The translations under genes were made by a program, and so were the position numbers. Below are positions 17,273-30,752 of a DNA stretch of 64,000 bases, in pieces. Origin of the DNA: Eledone cirrhosa (Eukaryota); contig OZ024761.1 in the NCBI GenBank assembly GCA_964016885.1, positions 30,442,001 through 30,506,000 of the forward strand, read 5' to 3'. Numbering within the stretch: the stretch's first letter is position 1; every line of letters starts with the position of its first letter. Under the pieces are notes generated by a model. The model saw nothing but the letters and a program-made list of their open reading frames with translations, had not been told where the DNA came from and made no database searches.

Positions 17273-17305
<33 letters not shown>

Positions 17306-17371
17306 TGTGGGAATTAAAATTCCGACCGTGGCGCCAAGCAATTTCATATGTGTGTGTGCGTGTATATATAT

Positions 17372-17455
<84 letters not shown>

Positions 17456-17899
17456 GTGTGTATATATATATGTCTACATATATGTGAGCTTTTGCTCTCA
17501 TCCACATTGTCATCCTCATTGTAATCACCATGTTAGTCAAACACCACTTATATATACATATACATACCTATATTTATATAATATGTGTGTGTAGCTCTTG
17601 TACCATTTCTTTACACTAGTACTACAAACACTTCAAAAGTCTAATATTACTTCTTGTCTCTCCAGTTTGTCCAGAGAGACCCCAAGGTGATGGTGGTGGT
17701 GGTGATGGTGGTTGGGTGGTGGTGGTGGTGGTCAGATTGCAAACAGTTGTATTTACACTGCTGTTTGAAGAAGCAGAGCCACGTGTGAATGTGTGTAGAT
17801 GCCTGCATATGTATGTGTGTATGCTCATATATATATATATATATATGTATAGGTATATATATATATATATGTATAGGTTTATATATATATATATGTATG

Positions 17900-17930
<31 letters not shown>

Positions 17931-18061
17931 ATATATATATATATATATAGGTTTATATATGTATGTATATATATATATATATATAGGTTTATATATATAT
18001 ATATGTATGTATATATATATATGTATGTATATATATATATATAGGTTTATATATATATATG

Positions 18062-18105
<44 letters not shown>

Positions 18106-18129
18106 TTTATATATATGTATGTATATCTA

Positions 18130-18167
<38 letters not shown>

Positions 18168-18624
18168 TTTATATATATGTATGTAGTGTGTGTGTGTCAT
18201 ACACACGTGCTTCACAGTACACATTTAAACTGGTAAAAAAATAATTAAAAATTAATTAGTGGTACTACAACTATGTCTTCGTGAGGGATATAGTAATTTT
18301 ATCTTCTCAGCTCAAATCCTTTTAATACTGACTTTGCTTTCATCCTTTTGGGGCTAATAAAAGCATACCATTATGGGTAACATTATATGGTAGAGGGTTG
18401 GACAACAGGCTTTGTAGCACAGAGTTACACCCCTTTCTGATCAGTTCAAATCCTGATGAGGTTAACTTTGCCTTTCATCCTTACAGGGTCGATAAAATAA
18501 AGTACCAGTAATGCACTGGGATAATTGCTGGCCTTGTGCCAAAAGTAGAAACAATTATAATACAATATAACATGAAGCATATGACAATAACATGTATGTA
18601 TGTGTATGATGTATGTATATCGGA

Positions 18625-18880
18625 TCGCTCTTGAGTGCTACTGGTAACATGTAACCCAGTACAACCTGTCTCACGGTTGGGTCGTCGTCGGCGACTAAAC
18701 CGGCAACATCACCAAGCTTGCTTTGTGAGGAGTGGGTGATATTTGGACATCCTGCGGGATGAAATACAAGACCCGGCAAAGAGCGGAGGAACAACCCTTT
18801 TTTTTTTAAAAATCTGCGATTGAAAGGCCCCTAATTGCTGTCACAACACCTTTCTAGTAGAGGGAAACTCTGAAAAAAAA
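18625..18880 (+). mobile_element. Probable RTE 5'-UTR/head fragment; second copy begins at about 63940
   Basis: Shared CT(T/C)GAGTGCTACTGG...ACC.AGT.CAACCTGTC start; ends in TAGAGGGAAACTCTG, which resembles RTE 5' UTRs from memory. Confidence 0.45.
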
Positions 18881-18936
18881 AAAAAAAACCAGCGGCTTGG
18901 AAGCATGTGATGATGTTGACCAGTTCTCTCTTTCGA

Positions 18937-19372
18937 GTAGTGTTTCGATGTTCAGAGAGTGGGATTGGTCAAGTGCAAGGCCTTTCCTCACTTAAAACAC
19001 CTTCAAAGCACAGGCATTACTTGTTCAGGATATGTTACAGGATTGTGTGACTGACTGTAGCCTAAAAGTGCAACATTTTCTGTAATGTGACAAGCGATTG
19101 CAGTACTCTTAGCTGAGTTTGCAGCCATCATGTGTGTATATATATATACCTTTTTGGGTAGTGTTTCCGATGCTCAGAGAGTGGGATTGGTCGAGTGCAA
19201 GGCCTTTCCCCACTTAAAAAAACCTTCAAAGCACAGGCAAGCATTGCTTGTTCAGGATATGTTACAGGTTCGTGTGGCTGACTGTAGCTTAAAAGTGCAT
19301 CAAATTCTCTAATCTGATAAGCGATTACAATAATCTTAGCAGAGTTTGCAGCCATCATGTATGTATATATAC
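18937..19372. repeat. Two diverged tandem copies of a ~220 bp sequence
   Basis: GTAGTGTTTC(C)GATG.TCAGAGAGTGGGATTGG...GCAGCCATCATG at 18937 and 19158. Confidence 0.85.
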
Positions 19373-19562
19373 ACATACATACAATCATACATATATATAT
19401 ATATATATATATGTAGGAGGTGAGTTTTATTGTAGTACAATAAAGCAATGCAGATATCGGATAAGAAGCACTCTACAGTTTGTAGGACTGGAGTATACAT
19501 AATATGTTGATTTAAAACTGCACTATCCACAAGTGTTTTTTAGCCTTCATATCATGTCCTCC

Positions 19563-19633
19563 TGTTTTATCTGATGAAAACACAAATATTATTGCATGAT
19601 GATGTTTGTTTTTGAAATGCGCATAATAAAATA
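19563..19633 (+). ncRNA. Type I hammerhead ribozyme motif, structurally complete, Penelope-type
   Basis: Stem I TGTTTTAT/ATAAAATA; core CTGATGA at 19571-77; about 16 bp stem II; GAAA; palindromic stem III ATGCGCAT; UA cleavage triplet end at 19625. Confidence 0.8.
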
Positions 19634-19663
19634 CATGGAACTCCTTTAACCATCTTTTGATCT

Positions 19664-19715
<52 letters not shown>

Positions 19716-19839
19716 TCATCATCATTTAATGTCCACTTTCCCTGCTAGCAAGGGTTGGACCTGTCTACATAGATCGTTCTCTATCCTTTCAAAGTAATCT
19801 GTTGTGTTCAGATGTAGAGAGGGATGGGCTCTGCCAGGC

Positions 19840-21169
19840 TTAAATGAGATCGCCATGTGCTTTCTGTACCAGTTCCATCCGTTTACAAAATGATGTGCAT
19901 GTCGTAACTATTTCTTCCTTTTTCATTTTACCGAATGCTTGCTTGATCAAAGCCTTCAGTGAAGACATGTGAGAAGTTGTGTTGGATATTGCTTCAACTG
20001 CACCTCGTAGCCAAAAATCACACGCATTCAAATATGGTGAGGTAAAGGGCCAGATATCTATAGGGACAAACATAGGCAGTTCCGTCTTCAAAAATTATTG
20101 CACTCTTTTCGAAATATGGGCGGATGCAGAGTCCTGTATAAACATGATTCGACTTGTATCCTAATTGTTTCTACGTTTGGCACAAGGCCAGCAATTACCC
20201 AGTGCATTACTGGTACTTTATTTTATCGACCCAGTAAGAATGAAAGGCAAAGTCAACCTCGGCGGGATTTGAACTCAGATCGTAAAGTGACGTAACTATG
20301 CTGGAAAGCATGGCGTCCGACCCTCTACCGATACTGCCAATCCACCGCCCTTGTATCATAATGCTTCCTTATCCAAGGTAACAAAACTTCTAAGATTTTG
20401 AGATGCTCTGCTGTGTTGATTTTAAGAACCACTTCAATACAATAAAACGAGGAGGGATTAATTTCCCATGACTTGCAACAGCTGCAAAGACCATAATGGA
20501 AGCCGGATTCTTGCTATGCATAACTGAAGGGTCATACGCTATCACTTGTCAGTTTTGATGGTTTGCAGCTTTGTCTACCACAAATTTCTTTTTATCCATA
20601 AAGATGTGGTCGTCTCTGCCAGGATGTTTCAAATGACCAAGAAGTTTGGGACTTCTTGCAGCTCGAATAGCTTTGGAGCAGGTAGTTAGGATGTTACAGT
20701 GTCTCCTCACGTACGATTTCAGATGGAGGTATTGTCTCACAGCCCTAGATATGGTCATTTTACTTATTCCTCAATCTAGAGCGAACTTCGCCATCCATTT
20801 TGATGGGTTCAACTCAATCAATCTTTTAAGTCCTGCTAAGAAGCAGGGTGTGTCTTTTCAATCACTGCTAAGACTGTGATGCTTTCTCTGAACATCCTAC
20901 CTTTTTTACAAATTGGCTACAACTCTAAAAACAGTAGGTTTGGCATACTTTGTGGTTCTAACAATCTCCCCAGCACCATTGCTGGTGCGGAATAATTCGG
21001 CAATTACACTTCTACAGTTAAATTCTTTATTAACATTCATAATTTGTTCAATTTAAAATAAAAAATAGGACAAGTGATTATTGAAGCTGGTAATATTTAA
21101 AATTTAGACTCCAACAAAATCTACACAATTAGAAATATACCCATTTGAAACTTGTCCCTGTTACACCCT
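19840..21169 (-). mobile_element. Decayed Tc1/mariner-superfamily DD37D (maT-type) transposon, interrupted by a SINE
   Basis: Transposase remnants FMDKKKFVVD..NHQN and IQDSASAH...WPFTSPYLNACD with 37 codons between the last two Asp (one is a stop); TIR-like TAGGGTGTAACAGG next to (TA)n; other end truncated. Confidence 0.85.
20166..20349 (-). mobile_element. tRNA-derived SINE family A (Nin/Deu-like central domain), full length, inserted in the DD37D transposon
   Basis: GGCGGTGGATTGGCAG head, B-box GAGTTCAAATCCC, TTGCCTTTCAT.CTTAC.GGGTCGATAAAATAAAGTACCAG; target-site duplication CTTGTATC(C/A)TAAT at 20153 and 20350. Confidence 0.9.
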
Positions 21170-21534
21170 ATATATATATATCATCATCATCATCATCATC
21201 GTTTTACGTCCGCTTTTCCCTGCTTGCAAGGGTGGGACGGGAACTGATTCTGGCTTGATTTCTACAGCTGGATGCCCTTCCTAACACCAACCTCATTTAC
21301 AGTGAGTGCTGGGTGCTTTTTTGCCGTAGCACCTCCACGACCACTTTGCAGTGGAATGATATGGACCCCAGACCCTATCATCTCATTTCTACAGCTGAGT
21401 GAACTGGAGCAATGTGAAATAAAGTGTCTTGCTCAAGGAAACAACACATCACCCGGTCTGAGAATTGAACTCACAACCATTCAATTGCAAAGCCAATGCT
21501 CTAACCACTAAGCCATGTGCCTCTATATATATAT

Positions 21535-21819
21535 ACAACACAACAGGAGGAACAATGAATATAACACCACTGACGATGTTGCAGATGTGCAACGAAAGAT
21601 TTATGTAAATTATGTAAACTATATATATGTGTTTGTGTCTATATTGTATCTATATTATTTTTGACCGCCGGTCAGTCAATGGCAACATTGAGGACCGAGT
21701 AAGTTAGATCGCAGATATATATATATAAAAGACAGCGAGAAGCGAAAACCAACCAAACAGTGAGTGTGTTCTGTTATTAATTCTGGCAATATTACGCAAA
21801 TATGACCCTCCCCAAATAT

Positions 21820-21825
<6 letters not shown>
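21535..21825 (+). mobile_element. Penelope-like pseudo-LTR remnant with degenerate hammerhead motif at 21566-21606
   Basis: CTGACGA-T-GTTGCA-GATG-TGCAAC-GAAA; downstream part is the same family as 63200-63300. Confidence 0.65.
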
Positions 21826-21870
<45 letters not shown>

Positions 21871-22985
21871 GTGAAGGTAATTATGAAATATATGAAATAT
21901 CTTGCACACTTACACTTCTCTACAACAATGTCACCTTTGGCCCTACACAGTAATACAGAAGACCCGCCTTCCCTTATGTAGAAAGTTAAACCTACAGTCA
22001 GTAGGCACCTCTTAACCAAATATACACCCCACCCAACTACCCCTATTCCATCGTCCCCACACCACCCTTTCTCTGTAAAGTTATGTTGGTACCACAGAAT
22101 ATCCAGTTCACAATGCAAAGTGGTCGTGTAGGTGTCCCGACAAAAAGCACCCAGTCCACACTGTAAAGTGGTCGTGTAGGAGACACGGTAAAATGGCTCC
22201 CAGTCCACACTGTAAATGTGGTTGGTGTTAGGAAGGGCATCCAACCGTAGAAAACCTGCCAGATACAGTGCTATATGAGCGAGACACGGTCACCTGATCA
22301 ATCTTGCCTCAAGTGGGACAATTCCCACCTAACCCATGCTAGCGTGGAAGATAGACGTTAAACGATGATGATGATGATGATGATGTTATGATGGTTGTGG
22401 TGGAGGTTAGACTAGTTTCAGTGCTGATGGTGATGATGATGATGATGATGATGGTGGTGGCGGTGGTTGTTGTGGTGGAGGTTAGACTAGTTTCAGTGGT
22501 GGTTGTTGTGGTGGAGGTTAGACTAGTTTCAGTGCTGATGGTGATGATGATGATGGTGGTGGTGGTGGTTGTGGTGTAGGTTAGTCTAGTTGCTGTAGTG
22601 TTGGTGGAGGTTGGTCTTGTCGCAGTAGTATGGTGGTGATTGTGTTTGTGGTGGCTATTAGTGGTGTTAGCAGTCTCTATGCTAAACAATGTACTGGTGT
22701 GTATGAGTGTGTTTTTCCAGACCACTAACTAAATCATTTGTTTCACTGTTGTTGTAACCTACTGGCTACTGGACATGTTTGTTTATGTGTGTATGTGTAT
22801 ATATATGTGTGTGTGTGTGTATATGTATATATATATGTGTGTGTGTGTATCTTATATGACACACAACTGTACAGTCAGTTAAAAACAACAAACTTCCAGC
22901 TTTCTATCCAAATAAACACCCTCTGTACTTAAATGATCTGGAAGTTTCCAGAAAAACAAGTTTTGCTCAAAACTCTCTCTCTCTC

Positions 22986-23104
<119 letters not shown>

Positions 23105-23229
23105 TATCTTTATATTTTTTTTAAAATCATATTTTTTGTTGTTTTAAAAGAAAAAACAAACTTTGTTGTTTGTTTAAAAACGAAAAAAATATTTTCCTTT
23201 TGATTCAGTTTAGTATTTGTATAGCAATT

Positions 23230-25180
23230 ATTGTGGTGGCGGTTGTGTACTGGTGTTTGTGGTAAAGGTGGTAGTAGTGGAGGTGATTGTGTATTGGTGT
23301 TTGTGGTAAAGGTGGTAGTAGTGGAGGTGGTGGTGGTTGTGTACTGGAGTTTATGGTAAAGGTGGTAGTAGTGGTGGTGGTTGTGTATTGGTGTTTGTGG
23401 TAAAGGTGGTAGTAGTGGAGGTGGTGGTGGTTGTGTACTGGTGTTTATGGTAAAGGTGGTAGTAGTGGAGGTGGTGGTGGTGGTTGTGTACTGGTGTTTG
23501 TGGTAAAGGTGGTAGTAGTGGAGGTGGTGGTGGTTGTGTACTGGTGTTTATGGTAAAGGTGGTAATAGTGGAGGTGGTGGTGGTTGTGTACTGGTGTTTG
23601 TGGTGGTAGTAGTGGAGGTAGTGGTGGTTCTGTATTGGTGTTTGTGGTGGTAGTAATGGAGGTGGTGGTGGTTCTGTACTGGTGTTTGTGGTGGTAGTAG
23701 TGGAGGTGGTGGTGGTTCTGTACTGGTGTTTGTGGTGGTAGTAGTGGAGGTAGTGGTGGTTCTGTATTGGTGTTTGTGGTGGTAGTAGTGGAGGTGGTGG
23801 TGGTTCTGTACTGGTGTTTGTGGTGGTAGTAATGGAGGTGGTGGTGGTTCTGTACTGGTGTTTGTGGTGGTAGTAGTGGAGGTGGTGGTGGTTCTGTACT
23901 GGTGTTTGTGGTGGTAGTAGTGGATGTTGTGGTGGTTGTGTACTGGTGTTTGTGGTGGTAGTAGTGGAGGTGGTGGTGGTTGTGTACTGGTGTTTGTGGT
24001 GGTAGTAGTGGAGGTAGTGGTGGTTCTGTACTGGTGTTTGTGGTGGTAGTAGTGGAGGTAGTGGTGGTTCTGTATTGGTGTTTGTGGTGGTAGTAGTGGA
24101 GGTGGTGGTGGTTCTGTACTGGTGTTTGTGGTGGTAGTAGTGGAGGTAGTGGTGGTTCTGTACTGGTGTTTGTGGTGGTAGTAGTGGAGGTAGTGGTGGT
24201 TCTGTATTGGTGTTTGTGGTGGTAGTAGTGGAGGTGGTGGTGGTTCTGTACTGGTGTTTGTGGTGGTAGTAGTGGAGGTGGTGGTGGTTGTGTACTGGTG
24301 TTTGTAGTTGAGGTGGTTGTTGTTCTGTACTGGTGTTTGTGGTAAAGCTGGTAGTAGTGGAGGTGGTGGTGATTCTGTGCTGGTGTTTGTAGTCCAGGTG
24401 GTAGTAGTGGAGGTGTTTGTGGTTTAGTGCTGGTCTTTGTCGTGGTGGTAGTGGAGGTGGTGTTTGTGGTCGAGGTGGTGGTGGTTGTGGTGGTGGTTTT
24501 TATTGTGGTGGTGGTAGTAGTGTGGTTGTTGTAGTGGTGTGTTTATGGTGGTGGTTGTGGTTGTGATAGTGGTTGTGGTGGTGGTCGTGGTAGAGGTGGT
24601 GTTGTGTGGTGGTGTTGTGTGGTGGTGTGGTTGTGGTGTGGTTGTGGTAGTGGTGGTGTTGTGGTGGTGTTGTGGTAGTGGTGTGGTTGTTGTGGTGGTC
24701 TGGTTGTGGTAGTGGTGTGGTAGTGGAGTGGTGTGGTTGTGGTAGTGGTGTGGTTGCGGTTCTGTGTGGTAGTGTTGTGGTGGTTGTGGTGTGGTAGTGG
24801 TTGTGGTGGTGTTGTGGTAGTGGTGTAGTTGTTGTGGTAGTGGTGTGGTTGTTGTGGTGGTGTGGTAGTGGTCTCGTTGTGGTAGTGGTGTGGTTGTGGT
24901 AGTGGTGTGGTGTGGTAGTGGTTGTGGTGGTGGTGGTGTGGTTGCTGTTCAGTGTGGTTTTTTGTGATAATAGTTTTTATTGTGGTTGTGGTGTGGTTGT
25001 GGTAGTGGTGTGGTGGTGGTGGTGGTGTTGTAGTGGTGTGGTTGTGGTGGTGGTGTTGTAGTGGTGTGGTTGTGGTGGTGGTGTTGTAGTGGTGTGGTTG
25101 TGGCAATTGTTGTGATAATGATTTTATTGTGGTAGTGGTGGCAGTATTTGTGTAGTGATTTTCTTTGTTGTGGTGGTGGT
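23230..25180. repeat. GT-rich 44 bp minisatellite (to ~24380) decaying into (GTG)n low complexity
   Basis: Unit GGTGGTAGTAGTGGAGGTGGTGGTGGTTCTGTACTGGTGTTTGT; starts at 23821 and 23865. Confidence 0.92.
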
Positions 25181-28100
25181 CTCACCTGTCTTACCTGTCT
25201 GTCTTACCTGACCCTCTGCCTGTCTTACCTGACCCTCTGCCTGTCTGTCTTACCTGACTCTCTGTCTGTCTATCTTGCTCACCTGTCTGTCTGTCTGTCT
25301 GTCTTGCTCTCTTGCTCACCTGTCTGTCTATCTTGCTCTCTTGCTCACCTGTCTGTCTGTCTGTCTTGCTCTCTTGCTCACCTGTCTGTCTGTCTACCTT
25401 GCTCTCTTGCTCACCTGTCTGTCTGTCTATCTTGCTCTCTTGCTCACCTGTCTGTCTGTCTACCTTGCTATCTTGCTCACCTGTCTGTCTGTCTACCTTG
25501 CTCTCTTGCTCACCTGTCTGTCTGTCTACCTTGCTCTCTTGCTCACCTGTCTGTCTACCTTGCTCTCTTGCTCACCTGTCTGTCTGTCTTGCTCTCTTGT
25601 TCACCTGTCTGTCTCTCTTGCTCTGTTGCTCACCTGTCTGTCTGTCTACCTTGCTCTCTTGCTCACCTGTCTGTCTGTCTGTCTTGCTCTCTTGCTCACC
25701 TGTCTGTCTGTCTCTCTTGCTCTCTTGCTCACCTGTCTGTCTGTCTCTCTTGCTCTCTTGCTCACCTGTCTGTCTGTCTCTCTTGCTCACCTGTCTGTCT
25801 GTCTCTCTTGCTCACCTGTCTGTCTGTCTGTCTTGCTCTCTTGCTCACCTGTCTGTCTACCTTGCTCTCTTGCTCACCTGTCTGTCTCTCTTGCTCACCT
25901 GTCGGTCTGTCTATCTTGCTCTCTTGCTCACCTGTCTGTCTGTCTATCTTGCTCTCTTGCTCACCTGTCTGTCTGTCTATCTTGCTCTCTTGCTCACCTG
26001 TCTGTCTGTCTTGCTCTCTTGCTCACCTGTCTGTCTGTCTTGCTCTCTTGCTCACCTGTCTGTCTATCTTGCTCTCTTGCTCACCTGTCTGTCTATCTTG
26101 CTCTCTTGCTCACCTGTCTGTCTACCTTGCTCTCTTGCTCACCTGTCTGTCTACCTTGCTCTCTTGCTCACCTGTGTGTCTGTCTATCTTGCTCTCTTGC
26201 TCACCTGTCTGTCTGTCTGTCTTGCTCTCTTGCTCACCTGTCTGTCTGTCTATCTTGCTCACCTGTCTGTCTGTCTGTATGTCTGTCTATCTCACCTGTC
26301 TGTCTGTCTATCTTGCTCTCTTTCTCACCTGTCTGTCTGTCTTGCTCACCTGTCTGTCTGTCTTGCTCACCTGTCTGTCTGACTTGCTCTCTTGCTCACC
26401 TGTCTGTCTGTCTATCTTGCTCTCTTGCTCACCTGTCTGTCTGTCTTGCTCTCTTGCTCACCTGTCTGTCTGGCTCTTTTGCTCACCTGTCTGTCTGTCT
26501 ATCTTGCTCTCTTGCTCACCTGTCTGTCTGTCTGTCTTGCTCTCTTGCTCACCTGTCTGTCTGTCTTGCTCTCTTGCTCACCTGTCTGTCTTGCTCTCTT
26601 GCTCACCTGTCTGTCTATCTTGCTCACCTGTCTGTCTGTCTGTATGTCTGTCTATCTCACCTGTCTGTCTGTCTATCTTGCTCTCTTTCTCACCTGTCTG
26701 TCTGTCTCTCTTGCTCTCTTGCTCACCTGTCTGTCTGTCTCTCTTGCTCTCTTGCTCACCTGTCTGTCTGTCTCTCTTGCTCACCTGTCTGTCTGTCTCT
26801 CTTGCTCACCTGTCTGTCTGTCTGTCTGTCTTGCTCTCTTGCTCACCTGTCTGTCTACCTTGCTCTCTTGCTCACCTGTCTGTCTCTCTTGCTCACCTGT
26901 CGGTCTGTCTATCTTGCTCTCTTGCTCACCTGTCTGTCTGTCTATCTTGCTCTCTTGCTCACCTGTCTGTCTGTCTATCTTGCTCTCTTGCTCACCTGTC
27001 TGTCTGTCTTGCTCTCTTGCTCACCTGTCTGTCTGTCTTGCTCTCTTGCTCACCTGTCTGTCTATCTTGCTCTCTTGCTCACCTGTCTGTCTATCTTGCT
27101 CTCTTGCTCACCTGTCTGTCTACCTTGCTCTCTTGCTCACCTGTCTGTCTACCTTGCTCTCTTGCTCACCTGTGTGTCTGTCTATCTTGCTCTCTTGCTC
27201 ACCTGTCTGTCTGTCTGTCTTGCTCTCTTGCTCACCTGTCTGTCTGTCTTGCTCTCTTGCTCACCTGTCTGTCTTGCTCTCTTGCTCACCTGTCTGTCTG
27301 TCTATCTTGCTCACCTGTCTGTCTGTCTGTATGTCTGTCTATCTCACCTGTCTGTCTGTCTATCTTGCTCTCTTTCTCACCTGTCTGTCTGTCTTGCTCA
27401 CCTGTCTGTCTGACTTGCTCTCTTGCTCACCTGTCTGTCTGTCTATCTTGCTCTCTTGCTCACCTGTCTGTCTGTCTGTCTTGCTCTCTTGCTCACCTGT
27501 CTGTCTGGCTCTTTTGCTCACCTGTCTGTCTGTCTATCTTGCTCTCTTGCTCACCTGTCTGTCTGTCTGTCTTGCTCTCTTGCTCACCTGTCTGTCTGTC
27601 TTGCTCTCTTGCTCACCTGTCTGTCTTGCTCTCTTGCTCACCTGTCTGTCTATCTTGCTCACCTGTCTGTCTGTCTGTATGTCTGTCTATCTCACCTGTC
27701 TGTCTGTCTATCTTGCTCTCTTTCTCACCTGTCTGTCTGTCTTGCTCTCTTGCTCACCTGTCTGTCTGACTTGCTCTCTTGCTCACCTGTCTGTCTGTCT
27801 ATCTTGCTCTCTTGCTCACCTGTCTGTCTGTCTGTCTTGCTCTCTTGCTCACCTGTCTGTCTGTCTTGCTCTCTTGCTCACCTGTCTGTCTGTCTATCTT
27901 GTTCTCTTGCTCACCTGTCTGTCTGTCTATCTTGCTCTCTTGCTCACCTGTCTGTCTGTCTGTCTTGCTCTCTTGCTCACCTGTCGGTCTGTCTATCTTG
28001 CTCTCTTGCTAACCTGTCTGTCTGTCTACCTTGCTCTCTTGCTCACCTGTCTGTCTGTCTATCTTGCTCTCTTGCTAACCTGTCTGTCTGTCTACCTTGC

Positions 28101-29390
28101 TCTCTTGCTCACCTGTCTGTCTGTCTATCTTGCTCTCTTGCTCACCTGTCTGTCTGTCTACCTTGCTCTCTTGCTCACCTGTGTGTCTGTCTGTCTTGCT
28201 CTCTTGCTCACCTGTGTGTCTGTCTATCTTGCTCTCTTGCTCACCTGTCTGTCTGTCTGTCTTGCTCTCTTGCTCACCTGTCTGCCTGTCTGTCGGTCTT
28301 GCTCTCTTGCTCACCTGTCTGTGTCTGTCTTGCTCTCTTGCTCACCTGTCTGTCTGTCTACCTTGCTCACTTGCTCACCTGTCTGTCTGTCTATCTTGCT
28401 CTCTTGCTCACCTGTCTGTCTGTCTATCTTGCTCTCTTGCTCACCTGTCTGTCTGTCTCTCTTGCTAACCTGTCTGTCTCTCTTGCTCACCTGTCTGTCT
28501 GTCTACCTTGCTCACTTGCTCACCTGTCTGTCTGTCTATCTTGCTCTCTTGCTCACCTGTCTGTCTGTCTGTCTTGCTCTCTTGCTCACCTGTCTGTCTG
28601 TCTGTCTTGCTTTCTTGCTCACCTGTCTGTCTGTCTGTCTTGCTTTCTTGCTCACCTGTCTGTCTGTCTGTCTTGCTCTCTTGCTCACCTGTCTGTCTGT
28701 CTACCTTGCTCACTTGCTCACCTGTCTGTCTGTCTATCTTGCTCTCTTGCTCACCTGTCTGTCTGTCTATCTTGCTCTCTTGCTCACCTGTCTGTCTGTC
28801 TACCTTGCTCTCTTGCTCACCTGTCTGTCTGTCTACCTTGCTCTCTTGCTCACCTGTCTGTCTGTCTGTCTTGCTCTCTTGCTTACCTGTCTGTCTGTCT
28901 ACCTTGCTCTCTTGCTCACCTGTCTGTCTGTCTGTCTTGCTCTCTTGCTCACCTGTCTGTCTGTCTACCTTGCTCACTTGCTCACCTGTCTGTCTGTCTA
29001 TCTGTCTATCTTGCTCTCTTGCTCACCTGTCTGTCTGTCTATCTTGCTCTCTTGCTCACCTGTCTGTCTGTCTACCTTTCTCTCTTGCTCACCTGTCTGT
29101 CTGTCTACCTTGCTCTCTTGCTCACCTGTCTGTCTGTCTACCTTGCTCTCTTGCTCACCTGTCTGTCTGTCTATCTTGCTCTCTTGCTCACCTGTCTGTC
29201 TACCTTTCTCTCTTGCTCACCTGTCTGTCTGTCTACCTTGCTCACTTGCTCACCTGTCTGTCTGTCTATCTTGCTCTCTTGCTCACCTGTGTGTCTGTCT
29301 ATCTTGCTCTCTTGCTCACCTGTGTGTCTGTCTCTCTTTCTCACCTGTCTGTCTGTCTCTCTTGCTCACCTGTCTGTCTTGCTTACCTCT
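25181..29390. repeat. 4.2 kb pyrimidine-rich satellite, 21-33 bp units, with ~1 kb higher-order duplication
   Basis: Unit CTTGCTCTCTTGCTCACC(TGTC)n(TAT/TAC); rare variants recur at 25901/26899 and 26471/27506. Confidence 0.97.
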
Positions 29391-29594
29391 GTCTTTGTTA
29401 CAATTGTCCTGTCTATTCCTCCTCGTCTCCCACCCATCCCTGCCACCGCCACTACCACACACATCATTGTCCATCTCCTTGGCAACTATACTGTGCTTCA
29501 CTATTTCTCCTCCTCCTCCTCCTCCCTCCTTTTGTCTATTTATTGATTCAACTTTGCATTTTGTTGACCCATCAGGGACCTACAGTTATTACTT

Positions 29595-30713
29595 TCATCA
29601 TCATCATCATCATCATTGTCACCAACATCATCATCGTCGTCATCATCACTATCATCGTAACCACTATCATCATCACTTTCATCATCATCACTTTCATCAC
29701 CACCACCACCACTATCACCATCATTATCATGATCATCACCACCATTATCACCATCACCACCATTATCACCATCACCATCACCATCACCATCACCACCACC
29801 ACTATCACCATCACCATCATCACCATCACCACCACTATCACCATCATCACTATCACCATCACCACCACCACTATCACCACCACCACCTACCATCACTATC
29901 ACCATCACCACTATCACATCATCACTATCACCACCACCACCACCACTATCACCATCATCACCATCACCATCATCACCACTATCACCATAACCACTATCAC
30001 CATCATTATCATCATTTATCATCAACACTATCATCACCATCACCACCATCACCACTACCACCATCATCATCACCATCACCATCACGACTTAATAAAACCA
30101 TCAGGCACTTATGATTATTATCATTACTGTAATCATCATCATCATCACCACCACCACCACCATCATCATCACCACCACCACCACCACCATCGTCGTCGTC
30201 GTTGTTGTTGTTGTTAAGTGCAGATTTCTGTAATGTTCCTTTCACCCTAAAACCTATTGGTCACAGCTGACTTAATTTTCTATACCTTTGCCACCACCAC
30301 CACCACCACCACTTCTACTACAGCTACTATTACTACTACTACTGCTACATCAACTAATATTACTACCACTACTACTACTACCACCTCCACTACTACTACA
30401 GCTACTACTACTACTGCTACATCAACTAATATTACTACCACTACTACTACTACCACCTCCACTACTACTACAGCTACTACTACTACTACTGCTACATCAA
30501 CTAATATTACTACCACTACTACTACTACCACCTCCACTACTACTACAGCTACTGCTACTACTACTACATCAGTTAATATTACCACCACCACCACCACCAC
30601 CACTACTCCTACTACCACCGCCACTACTACTACTACTACTATCACCACCACCACCACTACTACTACTGCTACAGCTAATACTACTACAACAGCTAATATT
30701 ACTACCACCACCG

Positions 30714-30752
<39 letters not shown>

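Noticed and set aside
25148-30217. 700-1240 aa LLSCSPVC ORFs and minus-strand DRQTGEQESK repeat ORFs
   Set aside because: Satellite with variable unit length that shifts frame constantly; open only because of base composition
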